DNA from: Bacteroidota bacterium
GTDB lineage: Bacteria > Bacteroidota > Bacteroidia > Bacteroidales > VadinHA17
NCBI GenBank assembly: GCA_011049175.1
Contig: DSCJ01000015.1
Span: 9,615 to 73,614 of the forward strand
Direction of reading: 5' to 3'
Length of the DNA stretch: 64,000 nucleotides
The notes beneath the pieces are model-generated. The model was not told where the DNA came from. It worked only from the letters and a program-made list of their open reading frames with translations, and searched no databases. The position numbers were made by a program, and so were the translations under genes. Within the stretch, counting starts at the first letter, position 1, and every line of letters begins with the position of its first letter. Below, one piece after another: positions 63,561 through 64,000 of the stretch.

Positions 63561-64000
63561 ATGAAAAAAATTAACTATTTAACAATCCTTCTGTTGGCGC
63601 TTTTTGCCCTCAGCAGTTGCGGAGGCATCAACAAGATGAAAAAAGAGGCTTCAAGCGTCAATTATGAGGTTACCCCCGAAATACTTGAAACACACGGAGG
63701 GGAAGTAGCCTTTACTGTCAAGGGTGTTTTCCCTGAAAAGTATTTCAGTAAAAAAGCGCTGGTGGAAGCAACCCCCGTTCTGGTCTATGAGAACGGTGAA
63801 ACGGCTTTCAGTTCCGTTACACTGCAGGGAGAAAAAATCCAGGCAAACAACAAAGAAATTGCCTATGTGGAAGGGGGCAGTTTTACCCATTCCGACAAAG
63901 TGGCCTACAATGAAGACATGAAAAAGTCGGAACTGATCCTTCGTGTTACAGCCTCTCAGGGTTCCAAATCAGTTGATTTTGATCCTGTCAAACTGGCTGA
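63561..64000 (+). CDS. lipoprotein, N-terminal part (3' end off-window); possibly the N-domain of a Bacteroidota OmpA-family protein
   Basis: This ORF is not in the supplied track because it has no stop within the window. My translation is 'MKKINYLTILLLALFALSSC|GGINKMKKEASSVNYEVTPEILETHGGEVAFTVKGVFPEKYFSKKA...', which has a lipobox and stays open to nt 64000. Confidence 0.55.
   Translation, partial: MKKINYLTILLLALFALSSCGGINKMKKEASSVNYEVTPEILETHGGEVAFTVKGVFPEKYFSKKALVEATPVLVYENGETAFSSVTLQGEKIQANNKEIAYVEGGSFTHSDKVAYNEDMKKSELILRVTASQGSKSVDFDPVKLA

Noticed and set aside
1-64000. A whole-window search for CRISPR arrays, transposase or integrase genes, phage modules, toxin-antitoxin pairs, reverse transcriptases, and nuclease/helicase/ATPase defence clusters.
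   Set aside because: None was found. There are no spaced direct repeats beyond the two short intergenic pairs reported. Every ORF longer than 150 aa is either assigned to a housekeeping or conserved-unknown family or explained as an antisense shadow. By eye I see no abrupt compositional island apart from short AT-rich promoter regions.

Overview
This 64-kb window is gene-dense core chromosome, almost certainly from a Bacteroidota (Bacteroidia-like) genome. I call 56 protein-coding genes. I see no rRNA or tRNA genes (intergenic gaps are all about 225 bp or shorter), no CRISPR array, no transposase, integrase or phage genes, and no recognisable defence cluster.

Evidence for the phylum, from the sequence plus family knowledge:
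- a purH-mreB-mreC-mreD-mrdA-rodA block
- a 729-aa type III glutamine synthetase
- adjacent parE-parC
- 13 exact TAnnTTTG '-7' boxes placed just upstream of transcription units, with mostly no Shine-Dalgarno sequence
- several signal peptides predicted to be cleaved before Gln

Gene content, left to right:
- argH (partial), a degenerate proB copy, proB, proA; then carA on the opposite strand
- DUF4105, rsmA, a MacB/FtsX-type permease
- purH and the rod-shape genes
- acpH and a cyclic-2,3-diphosphoglycerate-synthetase-like P-loop protein
- pgi, gpsA, a DUF2807 lipoprotein
- a BNR/sortilin-like propeller protein, two methyltransferases and a small lipoprotein
- lysS, lipA-lipB, recJ
- purE, a small OM barrel and an HhH/beta-barrel protein
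- hpt, adk, obg, PAP2, lplA, plsC and an unknown
- parE, parC, aroK, an unknown, gpmI, DUF3109 and an M20 dipeptidase
- glnN, an OmpA-family protein, purM, prfA, pyrF, DUF2851 and an RCK K+ channel
- rpsO, pnp, an unknown membrane protein, a deoxynucleoside kinase and a partial lipoprotein

I did not find a convincing novel multi-gene system, and the window is mostly ordinary housekeeping DNA. The leads most worth a second look are:
1. A translationally coupled pair encoding a small OM barrel plus a ComEA-like HhH domain fused to a large beta-barrel (30962-33858).
2. An intact but catalytically degenerate glutamate-5-kinase duplicate (686-1369).
3. A Sec-exported CCoAOMT-type O-methyltransferase in a small accessory-looking islet (23460-25720).
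4. A bacterial cDPG-synthetase homolog (16262-17602).
5. An exact 11-nt direct repeat occupying the -33 position of the glnN promoter.
6. A K+ channel whose selectivity filter reads TVGFRE.

All calls come from reading the translations and DNA by eye. No database search, HMM scan or folding calculation was run, and start codons are best guesses.
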